DNA of 64,000 nt, taken from the IMG/VR virus record IMGVR_UViG_3300033562_000715. The stretch is one strand, 5' to 3'. Both the position numbers and the translations under genes were made by a program. The DNA is from an uncultured virus (IMG/VR IMGVR_UViG_3300033562_000715) (taxonomy: Duplodnaviria; Heunggongvirae; Uroviricota; Caudoviricetes). The first letter of the stretch is position 1. Each line of letters starts with the position of its first letter. Positions 9,891 through 20,481 of this stretch are shown in pieces. Below the pieces are notes generated by a model. The model searched no databases and was not told where the DNA came from. It saw nothing but the letters and a program-made list of their open reading frames with translations.

Positions 9891-10667
9891 ATGAATGTTT
9901 CCTATAAGTCTAAGAATAAGGGTATATTTCTTGTTTTATTTGCTATAATCTTTCAGCTATTATTGGTTGGTAATGTACATGCATCTGATGTAGATGCAGT
10001 TGTGTCTATTACTAAAAATGCAGGAGAGGTTTCTTCTATATGTAACAGTTCTAATGCTTTATTAATGGGTAAGAAAGTTCTCTCTTATAATTCTGCAGAA
10101 GGTACTCTTACATTTAGCAATAGTAACTATAGTGAGTTAGACTTTAACCAACGAAGGCTCTTTATGGAACGTGCTTTATTATCAACTAAAGAGAGTCACT
10201 TGGGTACTCAAGTAAAGAATAAGATGTACAATTTTATAGCTGAACAAGATAGTTCAGTATCTGCAGCAATGAAGTTCTTAAAGTCAGATACAAGTGCAGA
10301 CTTTGCAGAAGCAAAGGCTTGGTTTTTACCATTTAGTAGTCCTATCAGTATTGTATTAGGTGTTTTATGTTTAACCATATTTGTTTTTATGGGTGCAAGT
10401 ATGGTATTTGATGCAGGGTACATGGTATTACCAGGAATGCAAGGAATACTAGAAAGAGGAGACCCAAATAAGCGTCCTTTTGGTGTAAGTAATGAAGCAT
10501 GGAAAGCTACTAAAAAGGCTGAAGAAAGTGATAGTGACATTGGTGTAATGGGTTTATACGTTAAAATGAGATTACCTGTAATTTTGATAGTTTCATTGTG
10601 TTTAGGTTATTTGATAACGGGTAAGATTTATGACATATTGGTTTATTTCATCGATGCATTTAGTTAG
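9891..10667 (+). CDS. Exported membrane protein, pilin-like paralog 3 (track start 9798 probably too early)
   Basis: GAGGTGG RBS before ATG 9891; signal peptide (VHA); VFDAGYMVLPG and LYVKMRLPVILIV motifs. Confidence 0.75.
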   Translation: MNVSYKSKNKGIFLVLFAIIFQLLLVGNVHASDVDAVVSITKNAGEVSSICNSSNALLMGKKVLSYNSAEGTLTFSNSNYSELDFNQRRLFMERALLSTKESHLGTQVKNKMYNFIAEQDSSVSAAMKFLKSDTSADFAEAKAWFLPFSSPISIVLGVLCLTIFVFMGASMVFDAGYMVLPGMQGILERGDPNKRPFGVSNEAWKATKKAEESDSDIGVMGLYVKMRLPVILIVSLCLGYLITGKIYDILVYFIDAFS

Positions 10668-10679
10668 GGGGTATAGCAC

Positions 10680-10901
10680 ATGATTTGGATTTATCTTATA
10701 ATTTGGTTTGTTATAATGTTACTTTTAAATGCTATAGCTTTTATATGGAGTGCATGTCATAATAAGGATACATTGGATGATATACCAATGGGTTTAAATA
10801 CTATTATTACTTTTGTTTCTTACTTAGCTTTAATGGTACTATTAGCACTTAATACAAATTTCTTTCAGGACCTATGGAGATTTGTTTCAGTTAGTAAATA
10901 A
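10680..10901 (+). CDS. Small 2-TM membrane protein
   Basis: Two hydrophobic segments; GGGGG RBS. Confidence 0.65.
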   Translation: MIWIYLIIWFVIMLLLNAIAFIWSACHNKDTLDDIPMGLNTIITFVSYLALMVLLALNTNFFQDLWRFVSVSK

Positions 10902-10912
10902 GGAGGTTTAGA

Positions 10913-11254
10913 ATGAAAGTAGAATATGTCGTAGATTATATCTCAAAGTGTATGAAATTACTTACATTATTGTTAATTGGGTATTTAACAGTAAATAGTT
11001 TATTGATTTTGATACTTACTTGTTGTTTAGTGATATCTATTGTTGTAGATGTAGTATACATATTATTAAGTTCATACCTACAGGGTAAGTATGCAATAAT
11101 TGAAAGACCTACTATTATAAGTAAAAGTGCATGGTCTTTTGTAAACAAAGATTTAAAACAACACAGTAGTATTTATATTTATGAGAGAATGCCTGAAATA
11201 TTATCAATAGTATTATGTTTTACATATCTCTCAACTAATCTCTGTTGGAGATAG
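10913..11254 (+). CDS. Small membrane protein
   Basis: AGGAGG RBS; hydrophobic segments. Confidence 0.6.
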   Translation: MKVEYVVDYISKCMKLLTLLLIGYLTVNSLLILILTCCLVISIVVDVVYILLSSYLQGKYAIIERPTIISKSAWSFVNKDLKQHSSIYIYERMPEILSIVLCFTYLSTNLCWR

Positions 11255-11277
11255 TCAAAAGAAAAGGGGTGTATATA

Positions 11278-14200
11278 TTGTCTAAAATAAGGGTTTTAAA
11301 GAACAGGTTTGTTGCAATAACGTTGGTAGTATTAACTCTAATTGGTTTATCTAGTGGCTTAACGGTACATGCAGAACCTCAAACAAGTGCAACTCAAAGG
11401 GTAACTAATTTTATAAACTTAGCAGCAGGTAAGGAAACCCCAGATTTAGCAGAGGGTTTAAACTTAACTAAAGATGAATTAAGATTCTTAGGTGTTTATC
11501 TATCTAACTTCTATATTCCTTTTGGTACAGAATTAGGTGCAGTTGGTTCTAAGACTAATGACCAAACGAAAGAAGATATTAAAAAGTCATTACAGTCTGC
11601 TCTGCATTTTAGTGATGAAATAGCAGAGACTTTTACTGAAACTGTAATGGGTTTATCTAGAAGTAATAGTCAGGAACTAACATTTCAAGTATCTAAGAAT
11701 TTTCATTCAGGTTATCAGAAAGTGCCTAACTTTAAGGTAAACTATTATAACTTCCTAAGGTTAATGTTAGGTGAATCTCATGCAGTATTTCAAGGTTCAA
11801 CAGATACATCACCTCAGGTAAAGAAAGATATATATGATGGAAAGTATGATTATGGGTATTTTGGTTATGAGAAGAACGGTACATTTGTTCCAATGTTTGA
11901 TTGTTCATTAAATAAATCCAAGGTAGTAATGGATTCAAATCAGTCTGTATCAGGGGATTATACAACCCCATCTATGTATGCTTTTTATCAGTGTTTAGCA
12001 TCTGTAGATATAGAGAAGGGTTATGGTTTTAACTTCTTTGATTTTAATACTAAAGAAGCCGAAGATGATGGTGCACTAAAAGCAATGTTAGAAAATTTAA
12101 ATGATGATGAAATATATAGGATGAGTGCTTATGGTTCTTCAATGAACGTAGACTGTTTTGGTAATATTATTGTAAAGGGCGGTAATCATCAGTTTGTAGC
12201 AGTGCCAGGGTGTATGAATCCTTACACATGGGTAACCGTAGATGAGGATGGCAATGATTACTATCAAGCAGGTACTGCGTATAATATGGTTACATTTCAA
12301 GGTTTAGGTCTTGCAGATACTGATAACTTTGTAGAAGCAGGTACTAAAGTAGTTAAAGATAAAAAGTCTGATAAAATGAAATGGGTTACTATTTCAGATG
12401 ATAAACTTGTTGGGCAATTAGATAAAGTACGTGAAACATTTAGGCTTATAGATACTGATGGAAGTGGTTATCCTTTAAGAATGTTAAGGGGTAGTACAGA
12501 TAAGAAACTAGAAGGTGTAAGTTCTCTCCCTATTTTTAGAACAGGATATTTTGATTTAGTTGAAAAAGCTGAGAGTGGTTTTAAGAAAGCAAATAAGGAC
12601 GATTACTCTTATTATGCAGCAGCACATGGTGGACTTAAGATACCACTAACTAACTTTGAATTGGCAGCTGTAAGAAACTACGTAGCTTGTTGGAATTCTT
12701 ACTCTAGAACCAAAGTAAGAACTGATGTTAGATTAATAGATAACCTTGTAATGATAGACAACTTAGGTGCTTTTGGTTTTGATAATTCCAAGAATGATAT
12801 TAAGTATAGTGCTATACAAGTAGTACCATATTTAAATGATGATGGTAAAAGTGTTAATCAACTCTTTGGTAAGTGGGGACAAGATGCAGCAAATGGGTTT
12901 ACTAATATGTATTCAGAAATTCAATCGGGTAAGCTAAATACTACAGTAACTGCTGAAGACTCTGCAATAGTTGGTATATATACTTCTTATGCTCTTGCAG
13001 GTCTGTATGAAAACAACCCAGAATCTAAAAGTGCTACAATAGGTTTCTTAGGGTATAGGTTAAACAATGATGGATTAGTAGCTATTTCTAAAGACCCTAT
13101 TACTCTGCCTAATTCTGTAACAGAAGAAGTTATAAAGAACTCAATAAGGGACTGGACATATTATTTATTACACCCAACTAAAGGTGCTAGTTATGTATCA
13201 ACTTTATTTAAGACTAAAGTAAGTGCTATATTAGTAGGTTGGCATAATGATATGGTTGGAACTAATGGTGTTGGAGCTACAACAGGAACAACTAAATATA
13301 AGAGTAATTTTGGTTATGTAACTACCCCAGATTTATCTGAAATGACTTGGACAAACTCTTTAATGAACTTTTATAAGAATAGTATTCCATTCTTAATAGT
13401 ATTAATGATAGTATCAATGACTTTTGCATATGTAGCATCTATTATGTCAATACAGAAGTGCTTATTCGGTGTTGTAATCTTTGCTTGTTTCCTATTAACC
13501 CCAGTAACCTTGATTAATGGAGTAGTAGGGGTAAGTAATAGAGTTACTCAGAATATATATGGTGAGAAATTTACTTATTGGGCACTTGCTCAACAAGAAT
13601 CTTATGCAGATGCTTTAGATACTGCAGCAACAGGTGCTAGTTATTCTAACTATTTAAAGACTTTGTATGCTACAAACAACACTGTTTATAGTAATCAAGG
13701 TTCTGACTCTATAGTGTTAAAATGGCAAGCACCAAAGAAGATGTCATCGTTGATGCTTTCAGAGGAAGATACTTCTATTTTGAATGGTTTATCAAGTTCT
13801 TCACTACTAAACTCTGTATTGGGTAATAGCTTTTATAGTGGTGAGAGTTATTTAGATGGTGAAAATTCTTATATGTATAGGAGTTATACAGATATAGGTA
13901 ACTTTAGTAGATTTATATATAATGGTATTGTAAATGGTAATCAAGATTCTAGAAGAAGTTTATCTAGTGCTTATCTAAATAATATAAGCCCAGAACTAAA
14001 GAAGAGTACTGACAATATGGGTGTATCTTATAAGGAAGATAGAGATAAAGGATACTCAAATACAAATGGAGACGGTAGTAAAGTTTTATTAAGTCAGGTA
14101 AGAAATACTGTTCCTTTAACAAGTGCTATGTATAGTGATGCTATAGGAAAAGAGGGTACAGTAAAGAAACTTGGTATAAATGATTTCGTTGGTATACATC

Positions 14201-15993
14201 AGGAAGCTTTCAACTTTTCAGTGGCAATGTTCAATAATAGTACAGAAGATTATAAGACTAACTTATTAAATAACGCTAGTGAAGAATCTAGGGCAGACTT
14301 AGAGAAGTATTTGAATAATTATGCAGATGCTGATTTAACTGGTTTAGCATCCTATAGTTTAATGTCAGAGAGTCCATTTTATTACTTCTCATGGGGTTTA
14401 TACGACATGGGTATGAGTACGGGAGCTAATGCAACTAATGGTTTTAAGTCTTTATTATTAGGTCAGGACAACGGTGGTTTCTTCTATAATACTATTGGAA
14501 ACGGTGAATTAAAGGACTTTATGGACATGAAATCACTCTTTACATATACTATTCCTTATTTGAAAGAGGGTAATGACTTAGTAAAAGAATGGGACAATGT
14601 CTATGGTACAAAGATATATGAAGAAGTACCTACAGAAGAAGGTCATTGGGATGATACAGACATTAAAAATAGTAAAGAGTTAAAACAAAAGTATTGGCAT
14701 AACCTTAATGTTGCTAGACTATATGGTATATACACTCCATGGGTAGATTTAATGTATGATTGTGGGTATGCTAAGTCAGAAACTATATCAGTTTTTGGAG
14801 AAAAGGTAATAATAAAAGACCCAATCAACCCAGCATCTTACCCAACTAATAGACCTATGATATTCTCTGAGAGTGAAATGGCTGACTACGGTTTAACTAA
14901 AGGTGACTTAACTACTGTAGAACGTAAGATATTAGATTGCAATGAGGGTATGGAAAAGAGATTGTATGAATTATTAAACTATTACAACTTTAGTGACTTA
15001 ACCCTAAACACTGCAGCAGCAATAAACTGTACTTTTGAGTTTAATACTACCTTTAGTGAAGCAGGTATATTTAAGAACAACGTAAACTTATATCCACAGT
15101 CATTTGAAATATCAGATTTCTCATATGATGCTTTTTTAAGATTTGTATTATCTAATTCTTTAGGTGAAGATATGACAAATAAGGCTGACTTCTATTCAAC
15201 AGTAGTAGAGAAGTCAAGTTGGACAACAGCAATTGCTATGATTGTATTAGATATTTTGTCACAGTATGTATTGCCAGGGTTTAAGATTTTCTTCTTAATA
15301 ATAGTATTTATTTCTGCAATATTATTAATAACTGTTACATCCTTTAAGGTAGACCCTGAGCAGAAGTTTATACCTAAACTTGCTAAAAGTCTAATTGTGC
15401 CGATGCTATCCTTTTTAGCAATAACAGTAGGGTTTGCATGGGTAATATCATTATTCATGGGTGTAGGAAACAATGCAGTTACTAAGACTAACCATGTAAG
15501 TATATCAATGGGAGACCCAGTAATGGTTATGTTGGCAATGGCAGTTCTTGATATAATATGTATAATTGTTTACTTCTTCATTTGTAGAAGTGTTTTCAGG
15601 GATATAAAACAAAACTTTAAAGGTGCTTTTACCTTTATATCAGGTGCAGTAGGTGGTGCACTATCAGTAGTTGGTAATATGTTAGGTGGTTTTGCATCTA
15701 AGGTTACAGGTGGTTCAGGTATGGGTTCAGGAATAGGTTCAAGTAGTTCTCCAGTTGGTAGAGAGTCTGTAAGAGCCTCTAGTAGAGCTGAAAATAATAC
15801 AGTTCATGACCCTGAAAGGTCTAAATTTGATGAAAAGAACCCTAGTTCATCAAGTGACACTAAACGTAATCCTATTAGTAATGAAAATAGCAAAGAAGAC
15901 TCTAAAACTGCAAAAGGTAAGAAAGACTCAATCAACAAGAAGTTATCTAAAGGTTTAGAGAAAATGTCTGAAGACTCTAGTAAGTTAGAATAG
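11278..15993 (+). CDS. Giant exported multi-TM protein, putative T4SS membrane (VirB6/TraG-like) component
   Basis: ~1570 aa; signal peptide (VHA), central TM pair, C-terminal TM cluster and Gly/Ser/charged tail; lies upstream of the VirB4-like gene. TTG 11278 follows AAGGGG (track start 11245). Confidence 0.55.
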   Translation: MSKIRVLKNRFVAITLVVLTLIGLSSGLTVHAEPQTSATQRVTNFINLAAGKETPDLAEGLNLTKDELRFLGVYLSNFYIPFGTELGAVGSKTNDQTKEDIKKSLQSALHFSDEIAETFTETVMGLSRSNSQELTFQVSKNFHSGYQKVPNFKVNYYNFLRLMLGESHAVFQGSTDTSPQVKKDIYDGKYDYGYFGYEKNGTFVPMFDCSLNKSKVVMDSNQSVSGDYTTPSMYAFYQCLASVDIEKGYGFNFFDFNTKEAEDDGALKAMLENLNDDEIYRMSAYGSSMNVDCFGNIIVKGGNHQFVAVPGCMNPYTWVTVDEDGNDYYQAGTAYNMVTFQGLGLADTDNFVEAGTKVVKDKKSDKMKWVTISDDKLVGQLDKVRETFRLIDTDGSGYPLRMLRGSTDKKLEGVSSLPIFRTGYFDLVEKAESGFKKANKDDYSYYAAAHGGLKIPLTNFELAAVRNYVACWNSYSRTKVRTDVRLIDNLVMIDNLGAFGFDNSKNDIKYSAIQVVPYLNDDGKSVNQLFGKWGQDAANGFTNMYSEIQSGKLNTTVTAEDSAIVGIYTSYALAGLYENNPESKSATIGFLGYRLNNDGLVAISKDPITLPNSVTEEVIKNSIRDWTYYLLHPTKGASYVSTLFKTKVSAILVGWHNDMVGTNGVGATTGTTKYKSNFGYVTTPDLSEMTWTNSLMNFYKNSIPFLIVLMIVSMTFAYVASIMSIQKCLFGVVIFACFLLTPVTLINGVVGVSNRVTQNIYGEKFTYWALAQQESYADALDTAATGASYSNYLKTLYATNNTVYSNQGSDSIVLKWQAPKKMSSLMLSEEDTSILNGLSSSSLLNSVLGNSFYSGESYLDGENSYMYRSYTDIGNFSRFIYNGIVNGNQDSRRSLSSAYLNNISPELKKSTDNMGVSYKEDRDKGYSNTNGDGSKVLLSQVRNTVPLTSAMYSDAIGKEGTVKKLGINDFVGIHQEAFNFSVAMFNNSTEDYKTNLLNNASEESRADLEKYLNNYADADLTGLASYSLMSESPFYYFSWGLYDMGMSTGANATNGFKSLLLGQDNGGFFYNTIGNGELKDFMDMKSLFTYTIPYLKEGNDLVKEWDNVYGTKIYEEVPTEEGHWDDTDIKNSKELKQKYWHNLNVARLYGIYTPWVDLMYDCGYAKSETISVFGEKVIIKDPINPASYPTNRPMIFSESEMADYGLTKGDLTTVERKILDCNEGMEKRLYELLNYYNFSDLTLNTAAAINCTFEFNTTFSEAGIFKNNVNLYPQSFEISDFSYDAFLRFVLSNSLGEDMTNKADFYSTVVEKSSWTTAIAMIVLDILSQYVLPGFKIFFLIIVFISAILLITVTSFKVDPEQKFIPKLAKSLIVPMLSFLAITVGFAWVISLFMGVGNNAVTKTNHVSISMGDPVMVMLAMAVLDIICIIVYFFICRSVFRDIKQNFKGAFTFISGAVGGALSVVGNMLGGFASKVTGGSGMGSGIGSSSSPVGRESVRASSRAENNTVHDPERSKFDEKNPSSSSDTKRNPISNENSKEDSKTAKGKKDSINKKLSKGLEKMSEDSSKLE

Positions 15994-16011
15994 AAGGGTA
16001 GGTGCTTTTAT

Positions 16012-16458
16012 ATGTTAATCTTTCTAGTAGTTGCCCTAACTATAATGGAAATAGCTTTAAATGTATCTATAGTAGGTTTGGAACTCTCTTATCAAGTTGG
16101 TAAGAGAGTTGATACTATACGACAGGTAGGGGAGAAAGTGGCAGTAGGTACTGTAGCAGTTGCAACTAGTCCACTAAAGTTAAGTGAAAAGGGTACAAAG
16201 GTAAATAGTGGCATAAACAAGACTGTAAGAGGTGTAAAGAAGGGTATAGATACAGCATTTAAGATAGCTAAACCTATTGCAAAGGTTGCAGTAAGAACTT
16301 CTATATCTACTTCTAAGATAGTATTAAAAGTAGTTAAGTGGTCAATAGCTATTTTAAGAGATGCCTTATGTGCAATGGCATCTTTGGTGTTAATATTAGA
16401 TATATTCGTATTCATAGTATTATCTGCAATTATAAGTTATTATACTCTATTTATGTAA
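16012..16458 (+). CDS. Membrane protein with basic central region
   Basis: Hydrophobic N- and C-termini with a Lys-rich middle. Confidence 0.6.
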   Translation: MLIFLVVALTIMEIALNVSIVGLELSYQVGKRVDTIRQVGEKVAVGTVAVATSPLKLSEKGTKVNSGINKTVRGVKKGIDTAFKIAKPIAKVAVRTSISTSKIVLKVVKWSIAILRDALCAMASLVLILDIFVFIVLSAIISYYTLFM

Positions 16459-16471
16459 AGGAGAAGTATAG

Positions 16472-17542
16472 ATGAGTGAAGAGAAAAGAATACCTATGAG
16501 ACCTAAAATGGGTGATGATTATATAATATTGCCAGTAACCTTTGATTATTCAGGTGGTAGAAAGGACAGTAATAAATCTTCAAGAATGTGGGCAATAGGG
16601 GTATTCATAGTAGGTTTCATAGTAGGATTAGGTATTATTTTAAATAAAGAAAGGTTCTTTTTAATTAATTTCGTTTTAGGTTCAGTGTTCATATATCTTA
16701 TTATATTAATTATTAGGTTTTTTATCTTAAAAGAGGGTAATTTAAGATTACAAGAGATAACTCTCATTGATAACGATTATAAGTGTTCTTATCAAGATTT
16801 TTGGGGTATATACACAGTAGAGGAGATATATCCTCATATTGTTAGATTTAGGAGTGGAAAGTCAGGTATCTTTGTAAGACTAGCTAAGGATGTAGTCTTG
16901 GGTAAGTACTTAGATGCTGAATATAAACACGAAGAAGCAATAGGAGACGCTTATAACATCTGTGGAGGTTCTAGTAATATTTCTATATTTCACACAGACT
17001 ACATGGATAACATTGGTTCTGATGAAAGATTAGAAGAGAGTTTTGTAAGCTTAGGTACTGTAAAAAACCCTGACTTACGAGATTTACTAACAGATATATA
17101 CACATACCAAAAAGAGACCATGGCTAAAAGGGTAACAACCTTTGATGTTTATCTCTTTTTATGGTCAGGAAGTGACACACTTGCTTGGGCAGATGTAAAG
17201 AAAGTATTGAATTGTTTTATGCAAGCTAACTATAGAGGGTATCATATATTAGAAGAAGATGACATAAGGGACTTTTCAAAAGTTTTAATGAACTTAGGTG
17301 ACTTCAGTAGTATTGATGCAATGTCTAATGCCTTTATTATGAGTGATGCATCAGGTGTTAACCCTATAAAACTTGTACATAGTACAGGTACGCTAGATGT
17401 GTTGGGTAAAACCCTACAAGAGAAGAGACAAGAAAGAGAATTAAAAGAAAAAGAACTTGCCTTAAAGAAAGAAGAAGGAAAACGACGTAAGCAATCAAAG
17501 GGTAAAGCAAATAAAGAAGAAGAAATTGACCTATTTGAATAG
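16472..17542 (+). CDS. 2-TM protein with cytoplasmic domain, possible PrgI/VirB3-like T4SS component
   Basis: Two adjacent N-terminal TMs then a soluble domain; position in the transfer cluster. Confidence 0.45.
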   Translation: MSEEKRIPMRPKMGDDYIILPVTFDYSGGRKDSNKSSRMWAIGVFIVGFIVGLGIILNKERFFLINFVLGSVFIYLIILIIRFFILKEGNLRLQEITLIDNDYKCSYQDFWGIYTVEEIYPHIVRFRSGKSGIFVRLAKDVVLGKYLDAEYKHEEAIGDAYNICGGSSNISIFHTDYMDNIGSDERLEESFVSLGTVKNPDLRDLLTDIYTYQKETMAKRVTTFDVYLFLWSGSDTLAWADVKKVLNCFMQANYRGYHILEEDDIRDFSKVLMNLGDFSSIDAMSNAFIMSDASGVNPIKLVHSTGTLDVLGKTLQEKRQERELKEKELALKKEEGKRRKQSKGKANKEEEIDLFE

Positions 17543-17555
17543 AGGGGGTAATAAC

Positions 17556-19073
17556 ATGGTTGTATCATTTTCAATTGGAGCTAAAAGTAAAACGGTTATA
17601 AATACATTAAAGAAGACTGCAGATAACGTAGACTTTTTATCATTTGCAGATTTAAAAACTCTTGTTAAGGAAGCTAAGCTTAGGCATATAGACTTTAAAA
17701 GGGTAATTTTCACTTCTGCTATTTTATCTAATATAAGAGAGGACCTTGAGGAACTAAACAGTTTTATATCTGAGTATTCAGCAAATACTGAGGTAGTTAT
17801 TATAATTATGCAGAATGATGCTGAGATAGCAGGTATTTTTAATTCTATCTTTGATGCACCTATGTACACACCTGTAATTCTACCTAAAGCTAACTCTAAG
17901 AATCTATTAGAACTTGTCTTTTCAGACATAGTTGAATTAAAAACTAAATATTACACTTTTGATAAAGGTTCTCTAGTTGGAGAACCTTTAAATAGTGAAG
18001 AGACTGATTTTACTGTGAATTCATCAGATAATTTTAGTAGTTATACATCTAGTATGGAAACAGAATCAAAATTGTCTACTTTTGGTAAGACTGTAGTTGA
18101 TGAATCTGTATATCAAGACTTACATACTAGTAGTGATGAATCCGTTGAGTTTGATTCTGATTTATCTTTAGGTACATTAGGATGTACTGAAAACTTATCT
18201 ACTTTTTCTAATGTGTCAGCCATCGGTGGAGTTAGTCAATTAACTGCTGAGGATTCTATGGTGGGGAATTTAGAGGATGACTTATCTATAGGAGAATTTG
18301 GTAGTTTGCATTCAGATACAGGTTTTTTAGATGAAGAGGGTGAAGCTATGTTAGGTGGCAAGCCAGATGTTACTTATATAGAAAAAGGAAATGCTAATTT
18401 AGAAAATAGAACTTTTTCTCAACCCGTAAAAGTTGAGAAGTTAGAAAATAGAACTGATAAAGTAGCTATACCTTTAAAGGTGGATTTAGTTACCTCTTTA
18501 AGGGGTAATGGTTCAACTAATGCTATTCTTGAAGAAGCTGTAAATATTGTTAGTGTAGATGATGCTAAAGTGCTAGTAATTGACCTTGATAATAAAGAGA
18601 ATGGTATACTCTCTTATATAGACGCAGACAAGTTTTATAATAAGTGTGCTAACGATGGTATTGCTAAACAACGAATATACTCTGAAGATGGTGTAGATAT
18701 TATCTCAAATGGGTATGGTTCATTAGTAACAACAAGACAAATAAAAGATTTGTTACAAAGTCAAATAGTAAGAGGGTATGATATGATCTTTATGGACTGT
18801 CCTATAGATTCTCTTTATCTGTTAGATGCAGGTTTATTGGGTATTGTGAACATACTTGTAATGTCTAATATAGATAGAAGTCAGTTAATAGCTACTTCAA
18901 TAGCTTTAACTAATAGGACTCTTGTGTCATTAGAGGTGGAACAGCATATTATGAATTATTGTAATGTAGAATTAATTGGTACTTATAATCAGACGGAGAT
19001 AGATTATGTAAGGTCTCATTGTCTTTTTGCTAATGGTTGTTGGTTAGATAAACTAAGTCAGGGTAAAATATAG
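17556..19073 (+). CDS. Protein with degenerate C-terminal MinD/ParA-like domain
   Basis: VTSLRGNGST (P-loop without Lys), VLVIDLD, YDMIFMDCP; acidic linker. ATG 17556 follows GAGGGGG. Confidence 0.6.
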   Translation: MVVSFSIGAKSKTVINTLKKTADNVDFLSFADLKTLVKEAKLRHIDFKRVIFTSAILSNIREDLEELNSFISEYSANTEVVIIIMQNDAEIAGIFNSIFDAPMYTPVILPKANSKNLLELVFSDIVELKTKYYTFDKGSLVGEPLNSEETDFTVNSSDNFSSYTSSMETESKLSTFGKTVVDESVYQDLHTSSDESVEFDSDLSLGTLGCTENLSTFSNVSAIGGVSQLTAEDSMVGNLEDDLSIGEFGSLHSDTGFLDEEGEAMLGGKPDVTYIEKGNANLENRTFSQPVKVEKLENRTDKVAIPLKVDLVTSLRGNGSTNAILEEAVNIVSVDDAKVLVIDLDNKENGILSYIDADKFYNKCANDGIAKQRIYSEDGVDIISNGYGSLVTTRQIKDLLQSQIVRGYDMIFMDCPIDSLYLLDAGLLGIVNILVMSNIDRSQLIATSIALTNRTLVSLEVEQHIMNYCNVELIGTYNQTEIDYVRSHCLFANGCWLDKLSQGKI

Positions 19074-19093
19074 GAGGGTTTAGAAAGGTTGGG

Positions 19094-20329
19094 TTGTATA
19101 TGAATGTAATAGTAACAAATAACCATATAGACTATACAGGGTTTATAAAGGTTTTAACGCTACAAGAAGCTGAAAAGATTGTTGGTGATATAGATGTTTT
19201 AGTATACCATAAGAGTAATGAATCTCAGGAGAGTAAAGCTGAGTGTTTAACTAGACTTAAAGATATTGTTCGTATCATGGTATATATATCTAGTACATCT
19301 ACGGTAGATAAGGCAGTACAAATGATTATAGTGGGTTCAGGTGGTAAGTATTTTGATGATGAATTCTTTTTAGAAAATTCTGCAGAGTTAAGTAGATTAA
19401 TAGGGAACTTAGATGGGGTAATAGCAATAACAGAGTTAGGTGGTTTACATGTAGTAACAGACTTTATAAATAAGTATTTAAATAATGGAAGTTCAAATTT
19501 TAATCCAGCATATTTGTCTGTAGTAAATGAAGCTTTATCTAATATTGTTACAGAATATAAACAAAACAAGTTAGAATTGATTCAGATTTCAGAGACAGCA
19601 ACAGACTTATTTTCAAGGTCAATAGGAATTGTAGAAAGTATAAATAAGGAAAGAGAAAGTTTAAAGGAAGTAGTAAAAACCCTAGAGATTGCTAAAGAGA
19701 AAGGTCATTTTGAAACAATGTTATCTACCCCAAGTAGTCCAAACCTACTCTTTTTTCCAACAGTATCTTATTTAAAAGAAACAAACATTATAAGAATTAA
19801 AGAGATAGGTAACTTTTCATATTTAGTTTCTTTTATGCTTGGTTTCAGAATATACTTAGAGCGTATAAAATTAGTAAAACCAAAACTAATCTTTTTAGTT
19901 CCAGTTGGTTCACAATATGAAATGCTTTACAAAGACTTTAACTGGGTAACAAGTCAGAGTAATAAAACAATGGGTAACTATTATGCAAATACAGTATTTA
20001 CAAACTTTCCTAATAAGGAAGTTGTACATAAGCTTTTAAGAGATGAAGACTATGATACATTTATTGTAGTTGACATGCTTAAATCTGATGTTAAACACTT
20101 ATTAAACTCTAAGGGTACAGATGTAATGTATGCAGTTTCGGGTATGTCAGCATTAAACTCATGTGGTATTAAGTCTATTACATGTTTTTCAAACTCTGCT
20201 ATGCAAAATTCATTATTTACCTTAGAAACATTTAGTAACTATCCAGCAGACGCTAGTAAAAGAGAACGTAGATATCTCTCTGATTGTGCATCTATGTTTG
20301 AAACATTATATAAGATAAGGAGAAAGTAA
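19094..20329 (+). CDS. Hypothetical protein with central coiled coil
   Basis: 411 aa ORF in the operon. Confidence 0.7.
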   Translation: MYMNVIVTNNHIDYTGFIKVLTLQEAEKIVGDIDVLVYHKSNESQESKAECLTRLKDIVRIMVYISSTSTVDKAVQMIIVGSGGKYFDDEFFLENSAELSRLIGNLDGVIAITELGGLHVVTDFINKYLNNGSSNFNPAYLSVVNEALSNIVTEYKQNKLELIQISETATDLFSRSIGIVESINKERESLKEVVKTLEIAKEKGHFETMLSTPSSPNLLFFPTVSYLKETNIIRIKEIGNFSYLVSFMLGFRIYLERIKLVKPKLIFLVPVGSQYEMLYKDFNWVTSQSNKTMGNYYANTVFTNFPNKEVVHKLLRDEDYDTFIVVDMLKSDVKHLLNSKGTDVMYAVSGMSALNSCGIKSITCFSNSAMQNSLFTLETFSNYPADASKRERRYLSDCASMFETLYKIRRK

Positions 20330-20330
20330 A

Positions 20331-20480
20331 ATGAAGGTAAGTAAGCTTTTAAAGAAAATGAAAAGTATAAAACTTAGATGGCATAGAAACTATATTACAG
20401 TACAGCCTAAGAATACAAAATCAATAGATTCAAATAGCAAGGATTCTATTATGTTAGCTCAGATGCATGGGGGTAAATAG
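20331..20480 (+). CDS. Small basic 49-aa ORF not in the track
   Basis: AAGGAG RBS, ATG 20331, TAG 20478-20480; exactly fills the gap before the VirB4-like gene. Confidence 0.45.
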   Translation: MKVSKLLKKMKSIKLRWHRNYITVQPKNTKSIDSNSKDSIMLAQMHGGK

Positions 20481-20481
20481 T

